Part shown: positions 8,939 to 16,099 of the stretch, piece by piece
Numbering within the stretch: the first letter of the stretch is position 1
Layout: each line of letters opens with the position of its first letter
Source: Pyrobaculum sp.
Lineage (GTDB): Archaea > Thermoproteota > Thermoprotei > Thermoproteales > Thermoproteaceae
NCBI GenBank assembly: GCA_046293555.1
Contig: JBKBOT010000033.1
Span: 1-17,645, forward strand
Length of the DNA stretch: 17,645 nt
Reading direction: 5' to 3'
The notes under the pieces: model-generated
Told to the model about the DNA's origin: nothing
Database searches by the model: none
What the model saw: the letters and a program-made list of their open reading frames with translations, nothing else
Position numbers and translations under genes: made by a program

Positions 8939-9976
8939 ATGGACGTGGTGACAATAGACGGCTCCTACGGGGAGGGCGGCGGACAGATCTTAAGGACCTC
9001 CATAGCCCTCTCCTCGTTGTTGAGACAGCCCGTGGAGATAATAAACATAAGGGCCAAGAGGCCCAACCCAGGCCTCCAGCCGCAACACCTCGCAGGCGTG
9101 AAGGCCGCGGCGTTTTTGACAGAGGCAGAGGTGGACGGGGCCCACAGGGGCTCTACACGGCTTTTATACAGGCCAAGGGGGGTCAAATGTGGGGAATTTA
9201 CAATAGACATAGGGACGGCAGGTAGCATTTCGCTAGTAATTCAGACCCTCGCGCCGATGTTGATATATGCCCCGTGTTCTACCAAGTTGACAATTGTGGG
9301 GGGCACAGACGTCTCCTGGTCCCCACCAATAGACTACATGCGCCACGTCTTCGCCCCTGTGTTATATAAATTCGGCGCCGTGGTGAAGATAGAGGTGTTA
9401 AAAAGAGGACACTACCCCAAGGGCGGGGGCCGCGTTGTGTTAGAAATACAGCCTGTGAAAAAACTCCAGCCTGTAGACGCCGTAGATTTTGGGAAGTTAG
9501 CGAAGATAGAAGGCCTGTCTCACGCAGTCAACCTCCCGCCACATGTGGCAGAGAGACAGGCCAAAGCCGCCAGAGAGATGCTGAGAGACCTCCCGGCGGA
9601 CATAAAGACGGAAGTTAGAGGAGACGGGCTGGGCCCCGGCAGCGGCGTGGTGCTATGGGCCACGTCAGACTTGGGAAACGTGGTGGGGGGAGACGCCCTC
9701 GGCGAGAGGGGAAAGCCGGCGGAGGCGGTGGGAAAAGAGGCGGCAGAGAAGCTACTGGCAGTGTTAAAAACCGGCGCCTCTCTAGACCCCCACATGGCGG
9801 ACATGGCTGTGGTCTATATGGCTCTTGCAGACGGCGTTAGCAGAATGTCTACCCCAGAGGCCACCACCCACCTACAGACAAATATATACATAGTGGAGAG
9901 ATTCCTCCCCACAGAGATCCAACTCCACAAGGCCGGCGGCAAGTGGATAATTGAGACCCGGGGCTACTCGCCGTGA
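8939..9976 (+). CDS. rtcA: RNA 3'-terminal phosphate cyclase
   Basis: [53 protein letters not shown], and catalytic-His region T.H..TN. Confidence 0.97.
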   Translation: MDVVTIDGSYGEGGGQILRTSIALSSLLRQPVEIINIRAKRPNPGLQPQHLAGVKAAAFLTEAEVDGAHRGSTRLLYRPRGVKCGEFTIDIGTAGSISLVIQTLAPMLIYAPCSTKLTIVGGTDVSWSPPIDYMRHVFAPVLYKFGAVVKIEVLKRGHYPKGGGRVVLEIQPVKKLQPVDAVDFGKLAKIEGLSHAVNLPPHVAERQAKAAREMLRDLPADIKTEVRGDGLGPGSGVVLWATSDLGNVVGGDALGERGKPAEAVGKEAAEKLLAVLKTGASLDPHMADMAVVYMALADGVSRMSTPEATTHLQTNIYIVERFLPTEIQLHKAGGKWIIETRGYSP

Positions 9977-10000
9977 GGGGCCGCCATGGCTTTAGACAAC

Positions 10001-10990
10001 CTAGGTGTTAGCGGCGTGGCTTTTCTCAAGTAGGAGGTTAATAACCTCTCTGGCCCCTCTGCAGTCTATAGTAGACATACGGCCAGCTGGACTAAACAGC
10101 CCCTCCGCCTTTTTTAACTCCTCTTCTGTGGCTATGTCTATCTTATTCACCACCGCCACCACCGGCTTGGCGAAATTGGCCACAATTTCGTCAAACACTC
10201 TCTTCTGAGTCTCGAGGGGGAATCCTGCATGTGGCGTGGGGTCAACAATAAAGAGCACCACCCCCGCCAGATGCCTAAGGGCTAATATGGCCTGTCTCTC
10301 CATCATGTTTCTCTCAGCTAGAGGCCTGTCTAGAAGGCCTGGCGTGTCTACCACCTGGATCTTCTCGCCCCCCCTATATATATGCCCCACGTGTATCCGC
10401 CTTGTGGTAAAGGGGTACTCCCCCACCTCCGGCCTTGCGGAGGAGACACAGCGGACAAAACTACTCTTCCCCACATTAGGGGCCCCAGCCACTACAATTG
10501 TGTAAAGCGCCGGGTCTATTGCAGGGAGTCTTTTGAGAAATATGGCTATTTCTCTTAGCTTTTCTAACTCCGGCGCTAAGTCTTCTAAAAGGTCTAACAC
10601 CCTCCCCCTATACCTCCTCCTGGCCTCCAATATGTCTTTTTTCTCTCCCGCAATCCTCACGGCGTAGGTCGCCTCTTTTGCAATAGCCCTAATGGCCATG
10701 TGGACGTTGCCCACTTTAGCCACGGCATGTTTATAAGCCCTGGCGCCAAACATGACGTCAATCAGGTCGCGGTAGAAGGGATGCAGCTTGTCTAGATAAG
10801 GCATCCTCAGAGCCATGTCTCTAAGCGTGGCCGAGAGGGTTTTGGCAGAGGAGACAATTTTCTTTATCTCTAGCCGTTTTTGTTTAACAAAGGCGGGCTC
10901 CGCCGTGGAGCCCCTAGCCTCTTCTTTACTGTACACAGCGAGAAACATGGACTTCAGCTCCTCGGCGGTGTAGATGTAGGGCAAATTCAC
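10001..10990 (-). CDS. NOG1/OBG-family GTP-binding protein
   Basis: G1 GAPNVGKSS, YPFTT (G2), DTPGLLDRP..ERN.ME.QAI.AL (NOG1 signature), NKID (G4), and N-terminal helical domain with LHPFY.DL. GTG start. Confidence 0.93.
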   Translation of the reverse strand: MNLPYIYTAEELKSMFLAVYSKEEARGSTAEPAFVKQKRLEIKKIVSSAKTLSATLRDMALRMPYLDKLHPFYRDLIDVMFGARAYKHAVAKVGNVHMAIRAIAKEATYAVRIAGEKKDILEARRRYRGRVLDLLEDLAPELEKLREIAIFLKRLPAIDPALYTIVVAGAPNVGKSSFVRCVSSARPEVGEYPFTTRRIHVGHIYRGGEKIQVVDTPGLLDRPLAERNMMERQAILALRHLAGVVLFIVDPTPHAGFPLETQKRVFDEIVANFAKPVVAVVNKIDIATEEELKKAEGLFSPAGRMSTIDCRGAREVINLLLEKSHAANT

Positions 10991-11015
10991 AAATATTTTT
11001 CACCACTATATATCT

Positions 11016-11795
11016 ATGGCCATCGCCCCCACATCTATCGCACTCTTGACAGACTTCGGGACGCGGGACTATTTCGTCGCGGCGATGAAGGGGGTAATAC
11101 TCTCCATAAACCCACGGGCCGCCATTATAGACATCACCCACGAGATCCCACCCCAGGACGTAGAGACAGGCGCCTTCGTGCTGAAAGCTGCCTACAGGTG
11201 GTTCCCCCCAGGCACAATCTTCGTCGCCGTAGTGGACCCCGGCGTGGGGACAGAGAGGGCCCCCCTCCTCCTCAAGACCAGGAGGTATTTCTTCGTCGGC
11301 CCCGACAACGGCCTCCTTGCGCCTGCCGCCGAGGAAGACGGGGTAGAGGGGGCATACCACATTACTTACAAGTTACCCAACGTGTCGAAAACCTTCCACG
11401 GCCGCGACGTCTTTGCCCCCACGGCAGCCCTATTGTCGCTAGGCGTCCCCCCACAAGCCCTCGGACACCCCGTAGGGCAGTGGAGACAACTCCACCTCCC
11501 AGCCCCCCAAATGGGAGAGGTAATTACGGCCAGAGTCATATATGTAGACAGATTTGGCAACGCCTACACCAACATCACACAAGAGCCGGCAAAGCCAGGC
11601 GAGACGCTATGTATCGAGACCCCCACAGGCGTGATAAAAGCAAGACATGTGGAGACCTACGGACGGGCAACGCCAGGAGAAACCATAACGCTCACAAATA
11701 GCGAGGGATACCTAGAAATCGCAGTGGCCATGGGAAACGCCGCGACAGCCCACAACCTCAAACCCGGCATGGAGGTAAAGATAAGGAGATGTTAG
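11016..11795 (+). CDS. SAM hydroxide adenosyltransferase / SAM-dependent halogenase family protein (DUF62)
   Basis: LLTDFG, DITHEI, VVDPGVGTER, GPDNG, TFHGRDVFAP and YVDRFGN motifs; the Asp/Arg/His residues of the hydrolase subtype are present. Confidence 0.93.
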   Translation: MAIAPTSIALLTDFGTRDYFVAAMKGVILSINPRAAIIDITHEIPPQDVETGAFVLKAAYRWFPPGTIFVAVVDPGVGTERAPLLLKTRRYFFVGPDNGLLAPAAEEDGVEGAYHITYKLPNVSKTFHGRDVFAPTAALLSLGVPPQALGHPVGQWRQLHLPAPQMGEVITARVIYVDRFGNAYTNITQEPAKPGETLCIETPTGVIKARHVETYGRATPGETITLTNSEGYLEIAVAMGNAATAHNLKPGMEVKIRRC

Positions 11796-11797
11796 TG

Positions 11798-12012
11798 CCT
11801 TCAATCCTCTCTTTGAGATTCTTAACTCTCAGGAGGACTGTCTTAAGCCTTATCTTTCAATCCTCTTTTTGAGATTCAACACATAAAACACAAGATCGCC
11901 ATCAACGTCAGAGAATTCCTCTTTCAATCCTCTTTTTGAGATTCGCTCTGGCCTTGTTGTAACGACTGTCTAACCCCCTCAAGCTCGTCTTTCAATCCTC
12001 TTTTTGAGATTC
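11798..12012 (-). CRISPR. Mini CRISPR array, 4 repeats / 3 spacers, repeat GAATCTCAAAAAGAGGATTGAAAG (24 bp)
   Basis: On + strand, CTTTCAATCCTCTTTTTGAGATTC at 11854-11877, 11921-11944 and 11989-12012, with a 2-mismatch copy at 11798-11821. Spacers are 32, 43 and 44 nt. Minus orientation inferred from the ATTGAAAG 3' handle and the degenerate terminal repeat at the left. Confidence 0.97.
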
Positions 12013-12132
12013 GATATACTTTAACAAGCTGGAACACCCAAAGGTCATCGCTAACTTGGTAACTAGTAAGACGCCATATATAAGAAGTGCCGCCACAGCC
12101 GTTATAGCCACTATATTTTTGTTTTCACACAT
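11992..12132 (-). CDS. Putative 46-aa single-TM peptide (or truncated membrane-gene remnant) reading into the first CRISPR repeat
   Basis: MCENKNIVAITAVAALLIYGVLLVTKLAMTFGCSSLLKYIESQKED*. It has an 18-aa hydrophobic run, and an AT-rich TATA-like element (TAAATTATTTAA on - strand) lies 15-26 nt upstream. Below the ORF-track cutoff. Confidence 0.4.
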   Translation of the reverse strand: MCENKNIVAITAVAALLIYGVLLVTKLAMTFGCSSLLKYIESQKED

Positions 12133-12314
12133 CCAAATCTATTTACATTAAATAATTTACCCACTTAGAAAGGCTTGTGTCATACGAGAAACACATAAAT
12201 AAGACCCCTGTTGAGATTTGTAAAAGGATATAAGTACGAGAATAGAAAGTATATGGGTGGCGGAGACAGCCGCCGAGCCAGGGTTGGCGCTACTATTGTG
12301 TAAGTAGAAAAAAT

Positions 12315-12537
12315 TTATTTTACTCTTTTTATTATAAATCTTAAAGTACCGTTTTTTGGCTTCTCAGTTTTAAGTAACTCATGTCCGCTTCTTTTCACCC
12401 ACGACCTTATGTCTGAGTCTGCCGCGGGGTCTGTGGCTAACTAAGGTATCTCCTACTTCAATTTGGGTGATAGCTTTGGCGGTCTCCATAACAGTCTCTG
12501 AGATATACTTACCTTTAATATCTAACACTTTAGGCAT
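12315..12537 (-). pseudogene. tusA: TusA/SirA-family sulfur carrier pseudogene (frameshift; CPxP motif lost)
   Basis: Frame 1 reads MPKVLDIKGKYISETVMETAKAITQIEVGDTL. After a shift at TTAGTTAG (~12437-12444) the next frame reads LATDPAADSDIRSWVKRSGHELLKTEKPKNGTLRFIIKRVK*. The joined ~74 aa match the TusA pattern LD.KG..CP.P....K.....GD.L...ATDP....DI..W....GHE......G...F.I.R. Confidence 0.85.
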
Positions 12538-12556
12538 ATGTGTATTTTTTATTGTG

Positions 12557-12570
12557 TTTAAAAGCTTTTT
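12557..12570 (-). promoter_or_regulatory. BRE/TATA promoter of the tusA pseudogene
   Basis: Minus strand AAAAAGCTTTTAAA, 19 nt before the ATG at 12537, the same spacing as other promoters in the window. Confidence 0.6.
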
Positions 12571-12723
12571 TGTGCAAATTTACACTTTACATCTATCTTT
12601 ATATTATCTCATGTAAATAAGGTAATACGTCTTTGTCACTCTCGTTGTGCATAGCCTTGTGTACACTTCGGCATCTTGTCGGCGCCGTCGTGCATGTTTT
12701 TAAACATAGGCCTTCTTATCCAC

Positions 12724-13446
12724 ATGCTTTTGGTAAAAGACCTTGTGGTATATAGAGGCGGCGTGCCTGTGTTAGAAGGCGTCTCTTTCGCCGCCGGCGC
12801 CGAGTTTGTGTTAGTAGCAGGCCCAAATGGGGCGGGTAAATCCTCCCTATTTTTAGCCATCTTAGCCATGACTCCCCACGAGGGGGAAATTTGTGTAGAC
12901 AACTTCTGTGACAAGAGGCGTGTGGAGAGGGTAGGCTACGTGCCGCAGTTTCTAAAAGTCGACATGGACGCCACGGTGTGGGAGTATGTGTATCTCCCCG
13001 CCAGGTTTAGAAATGGGAGAGATGCCACGCGTGCGGCTGAGGAGGCGTTGAGGCTTGTGGAGTTGTCTCGTCTTAAGGACAGGCCTCTTGTCTCTCTTTC
13101 TGGTGGGGAGCTCCAGAGGGCCGCCATAGCAAGGGCTCTGGCGGTGGGGGGCGATGTGTTGTTATTAGACGAGCCTTTAGCCAATGTAGACCCTGGCGGC
13201 AGGCTAGAGCTAATAAACCTTTTGAGGGAGTTAAAAAAAGACAGAACAGTATTGATGTCTTCTCACGAGTTAACCCTCCCGCTAGACTTAGCAGACAAGA
13301 TCCTTCTTTTAAACAGACGCCTTATGGCTTACGGCCCGGTGGAGGAGGTGTTACGTGAAGAAGTATTACGACGTGTGTATAGATTTGTGAGAGTAGCTAA
13401 GACCTCTTCTGGTTATGTCTGTGTCACTGAGGATTACGGCCATTAA
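12724..13446 (+). CDS. Metal (Zn/Mn/Fe) ABC transporter ATP-binding protein, ZnuC/MntA-like
   Basis: Walker A GPNGAGKS, VGYVPQ, LSGGE signature, LLLDEP, SSHEL. Start moved to ATG 12724, with TTTTTAAA (12697-12704) 19 nt upstream. Confidence 0.9.
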   Translation: MLLVKDLVVYRGGVPVLEGVSFAAGAEFVLVAGPNGAGKSSLFLAILAMTPHEGEICVDNFCDKRRVERVGYVPQFLKVDMDATVWEYVYLPARFRNGRDATRAAEEALRLVELSRLKDRPLVSLSGGELQRAAIARALAVGGDVLLLDEPLANVDPGGRLELINLLRELKKDRTVLMSSHELTLPLDLADKILLLNRRLMAYGPVEEVLREEVLRRVYRFVRVAKTSSGYVCVTEDYGH

Positions 13447-14296
13447 GGCCTTAGCCCCAGTCCTAACGGCGGCCGCCTTGTTTCACGCCTATTTCTTCAC
13501 GCCGTTGTTGTTCTGGCCGCTTGTGGCCTTGTTGATATCTACAACAGCCCTGACGGCCCACAGCCCCATGGCGGTGGCGCGGAGGATGACCTTTTTGGCG
13601 CATGCCCAGTCGCATACAGTCCTCACCGCCGCCCTCCTGGCGGCTCTCGCCGTGGGGATACTTGGCGTCAGCCTCGCCTCGCCTGTCTACGTCGTCTTGG
13701 TGCTCCTCCTCGTCGCCGTGTTGAACCTGTCGGTCCTGGCGGCGGTGCGGCTGGGGTTTAGAGAGGATGTGGCCACCGGCGTGGTGATGTCGCTACAGCT
13801 TTCTGCCGCCGTGGCGCTTTTAACCGTCTTGAGGTCTTTCTTCCCGACGGTAGACCCCCTGGCTGTAATTACGGGGGAGTACATATTTGTCTCCATGGGG
13901 GACGTGGTCGCATTGGCGCCATTTGTCGCCACGTCTCTCCTCTTCCCCCTTTTCTTCCACATGAGGTATCTATATGTGGCGTTAGATGAACATTACGCAA
14001 GAGCTCTAGGCATGAGGGTGGGGCTGTACGACCTCTTTTTCCTCTTCTCCATGTCCACAGCGGTGGCTGGGGGTGTCTACACGTTGGGGGCCCTCATCCC
14101 CTCGGTCCTCCTGGTGGTTCCAGGCGCCGCGGCCTCTAGACATAGCGACAGGCTTACAGACCAGCTGCCGCTTTCTATCTCCATCGGCCTCTCCTCCGGC
14201 GCCATTGCCCACTTTCTATACGCCACGGCGCCGTGGCTTTGGCCCAACGCGGCGCTGGGGGCCGCGCTCGTGTTGTTCCTTCTGGCAAAAAAATAA
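13415..14296 (+). CDS. Metal ABC transporter permease, ABC-3 (ZnuB/MntB) family
   Basis: Highly hydrophobic. RRMTFLAHAQSH (cf. RRMS..DA.SH), REDVATG, DEHYARALGM and LGALI...LLVVPGAAA motifs. Start codon uncertain. Confidence 0.88.
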   Translation: MSVSLRITAIKALAPVLTAAALFHAYFFTPLLFWPLVALLISTTALTAHSPMAVARRMTFLAHAQSHTVLTAALLAALAVGILGVSLASPVYVVLVLLLVAVLNLSVLAAVRLGFREDVATGVVMSLQLSAAVALLTVLRSFFPTVDPLAVITGEYIFVSMGDVVALAPFVATSLLFPLFFHMRYLYVALDEHYARALGMRVGLYDLFFLFSMSTAVAGGVYTLGALIPSVLLVVPGAAASRHSDRLTDQLPLSISIGLSSGAIAHFLYATAPWLWPNAALGAALVLFLLAKK

Positions 14297-14318
14297 ATAT
14301 ACAACAGTTAAAACATAC

Positions 14319-15503
14319 ATGCGGCTTGTGGCACTAGCCCTGGCGTTAGCTATAGCTGCCGCCGGGGGGACGCTTGTCGACCGTTTCTACACGCCGCCTA
14401 TAGAGCTGTCGGTAATTAGGACAGACCAGTGGCTCTTCTGTATAGACTACGGCGTCACGATACAGATCAAGGCCCTCCAGCCGGTAAATATAACCGGCGT
14501 GAAGATCGTGGCTAAGTTCATCCAGGAGGATACACTCACCGTCACCACACAGGCTAGGAACTACGGCGGCTTCACGCTGGCTACAGGCGACGTAAAGCAG
14601 CTCTCCACAACTTTTAACTACTGTCCACAAAACGTGGCCGACCCGCTCATCCTCCTGGAGGTTTACGTCTACATGCCCAACGGCACTTGGTCATACCAGT
14701 ACTACATTGGGAGGGTCCTGCGGGCTACCTACCAGGAGCTAGAGGCGTTGATACGGCAGCTAAGAGACAGAATACAGCAACTCAACGGGGAGGTAAATAG
14801 GCTGAACAAAGAGGTGGCTAGCCTTAGGGAGGAGCTCCGGCAGAAAGACATGCAGATAGCTAATCTCTCCAACCTGCTCGTAGCCGCCAGGGCTGAGGCG
14901 GATAGGCTGAGAGCCTTGTTGCAACAAGTCTCCACAGAGCGGGATGCGTTAAGGCGGCAGCTAGAGGCGACGCAGACACAGCTGGCTGAGGTAAGTAACG
15001 CCAGGTCTCTGGCAGAGGGACAGCTGGCGGAGGCCAGGAGGAGGCTGGAGGAGCTTAAAGCCGCCTACGACAGGGCGGTTGCCCAAAATACAGAGGCGCA
15101 GCGCACCATAGCGGAGCTGGAGACAAAAATCGCCGGCCTCCAGAGGCAGTTAGAACAGCTGAGCCAGACAGAGGGCGAGTTGAGACAGAAGTACCTATCC
15201 CTCGTCGCGGATTACAACAGGCTAGAGGGGCAGTACCTCCAGCTCTCTAAAGCACATGAGGGGCTTCAACTAGAAAAACGGGCTCTGGAGAGTAAATACT
15301 CTGAGCTAAACACCGGCTTCACCTGGGCTATGAACATGGCCGTAGCCCTCGGCGTCGCCCTGGCGTTCGCCATAGCGCTATATGTCACCAAGAGGCGGCA
15401 GGCCCCCCAGGCGAGGCCGCCGCCTGGGACGGCCGTGACGGCAGTTGTCGAAGAGAGGGCCGGCGGGGAGACTCTAGTCAGGTGGCCCCCCACAAGGGAG
15501 TAG
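14319..15503 (+). CDS. Secreted, C-terminally membrane-anchored protein with beta-rich head and ~195-aa coiled coil
   Basis: True start ATG 14319 (TATA-like AATAAATA ~19 nt upstream). Signal peptide MRLVALALALAIAAAG, beta-strand-rich residues ~18-135, heptad-rich residues ~136-331, TM helix MAVALGVALAFAIALYV followed by KRR. Confidence 0.85.
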   Translation: MRLVALALALAIAAAGGTLVDRFYTPPIELSVIRTDQWLFCIDYGVTIQIKALQPVNITGVKIVAKFIQEDTLTVTTQARNYGGFTLATGDVKQLSTTFNYCPQNVADPLILLEVYVYMPNGTWSYQYYIGRVLRATYQELEALIRQLRDRIQQLNGEVNRLNKEVASLREELRQKDMQIANLSNLLVAARAEADRLRALLQQVSTERDALRRQLEATQTQLAEVSNARSLAEGQLAEARRRLEELKAAYDRAVAQNTEAQRTIAELETKIAGLQRQLEQLSQTEGELRQKYLSLVADYNRLEGQYLQLSKAHEGLQLEKRALESKYSELNTGFTWAMNMAVALGVALAFAIALYVTKRRQAPQARPPPGTAVTAVVEERAGGETLVRWPPTRE

Positions 15504-15511
15504 TTTTTTCC

Positions 15512-16099
15512 ATGGACCCCCTGCTTTCCGGCATGATTCTTGGCTACAGTCTTGCAGTGCCTCCAGGCCCCATGAATGCCCTAATTGCCGCCTGGTCGTT
15601 AAGAGGCTTTCGCCACGGCTTTTCGGTAGGCGCTGGCGCCATGAGTGCAGACTTTATACTCATGTTCCTAACTCTGGCGCTTTACTCTCTCCTCTCTAGG
15701 CTTACCCCCTCGGCGCTTAGGCCCTTCTTTGTGGCTGGGGCCCTCTTTTTCCTCTACCTAGCCTACAAGATCGGCCGGTCTCCCCCACCCAGGCGGGGGG
15801 AGGCCTCTGCCGCCTCGCCGCTGAGGGGGTACCTCCTAGGCCTCTCGCTGGGGTTAGTCAACCCCTACCAGGTGGGGTGGTGGATCACGGCGGGCCTTAG
15901 CTCTATTGCGCAATTTGGCGTGTTGTGGGCAGCCGGCCTCTTTTTGGCCATCTTCACCTGGATCGTGGCCTTCCCCGCCGCAGTTAGGGCCGGCTGGGAG
16001 ATAAACAGCCGGTGGACCTGGCTGGCCATAAAGGGCTTTTCTGTCGTCGTGTTGACAGCCTTCGGCCTGTATTTTCTCCACAGCGCCGCCTCGCCGTGA
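15512..16099 (+). CDS. LysE family transporter
   Basis: G..LG.SLAVPPGPMN, GF..G.GAM.AD, FLYLAY and G..LGL.NPY..GWW motifs. Start moved to ATG 15512. Confidence 0.92.
   Translation: MDPLLSGMILGYSLAVPPGPMNALIAAWSLRGFRHGFSVGAGAMSADFILMFLTLALYSLLSRLTPSALRPFFVAGALFFLYLAYKIGRSPPPRRGEASAASPLRGYLLGLSLGLVNPYQVGWWITAGLSSIAQFGVLWAAGLFLAIFTWIVAFPAAVRAGWEINSRWTWLAIKGFSVVVLTAFGLYFLHSAASP

Noticed and set aside
10880-11701. 273-aa + strand ORF
   Set aside because: Arg/Pro-rich alternative-frame shadow overlapping the well-supported DUF62 and GTPase genes.
12013-12021. GATATACTT next to the first repeat recurs at 12502-12510, at the lost TusA CPxP site
   Set aside because: A single 9-mer in AT-rich DNA; no mechanism or further homology to support it.
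12200-12220. Possible fifth degenerate CRISPR repeat (CCCTGTTGAGATT)
   Set aside because: Only TTGAGATT matches contiguously, the handle side is absent, and it is ~190 bp out of register.
12636-12914. 92-aa minus ORF and the other short antisense ORFs in the track
   Set aside because: They mirror conserved genes on the opposite strand and have no motifs of their own.
14073-14318. N-terminal extension of the 476-aa ORF
   Set aside because: Overlaps the permease in another frame; the signal peptide and TATA point to ATG 14319.
14724-15311. SMC/chromosome segregation ATPase
   Set aside because: No Walker motifs or hinge; the signal peptide and TM anchor indicate a surface protein.
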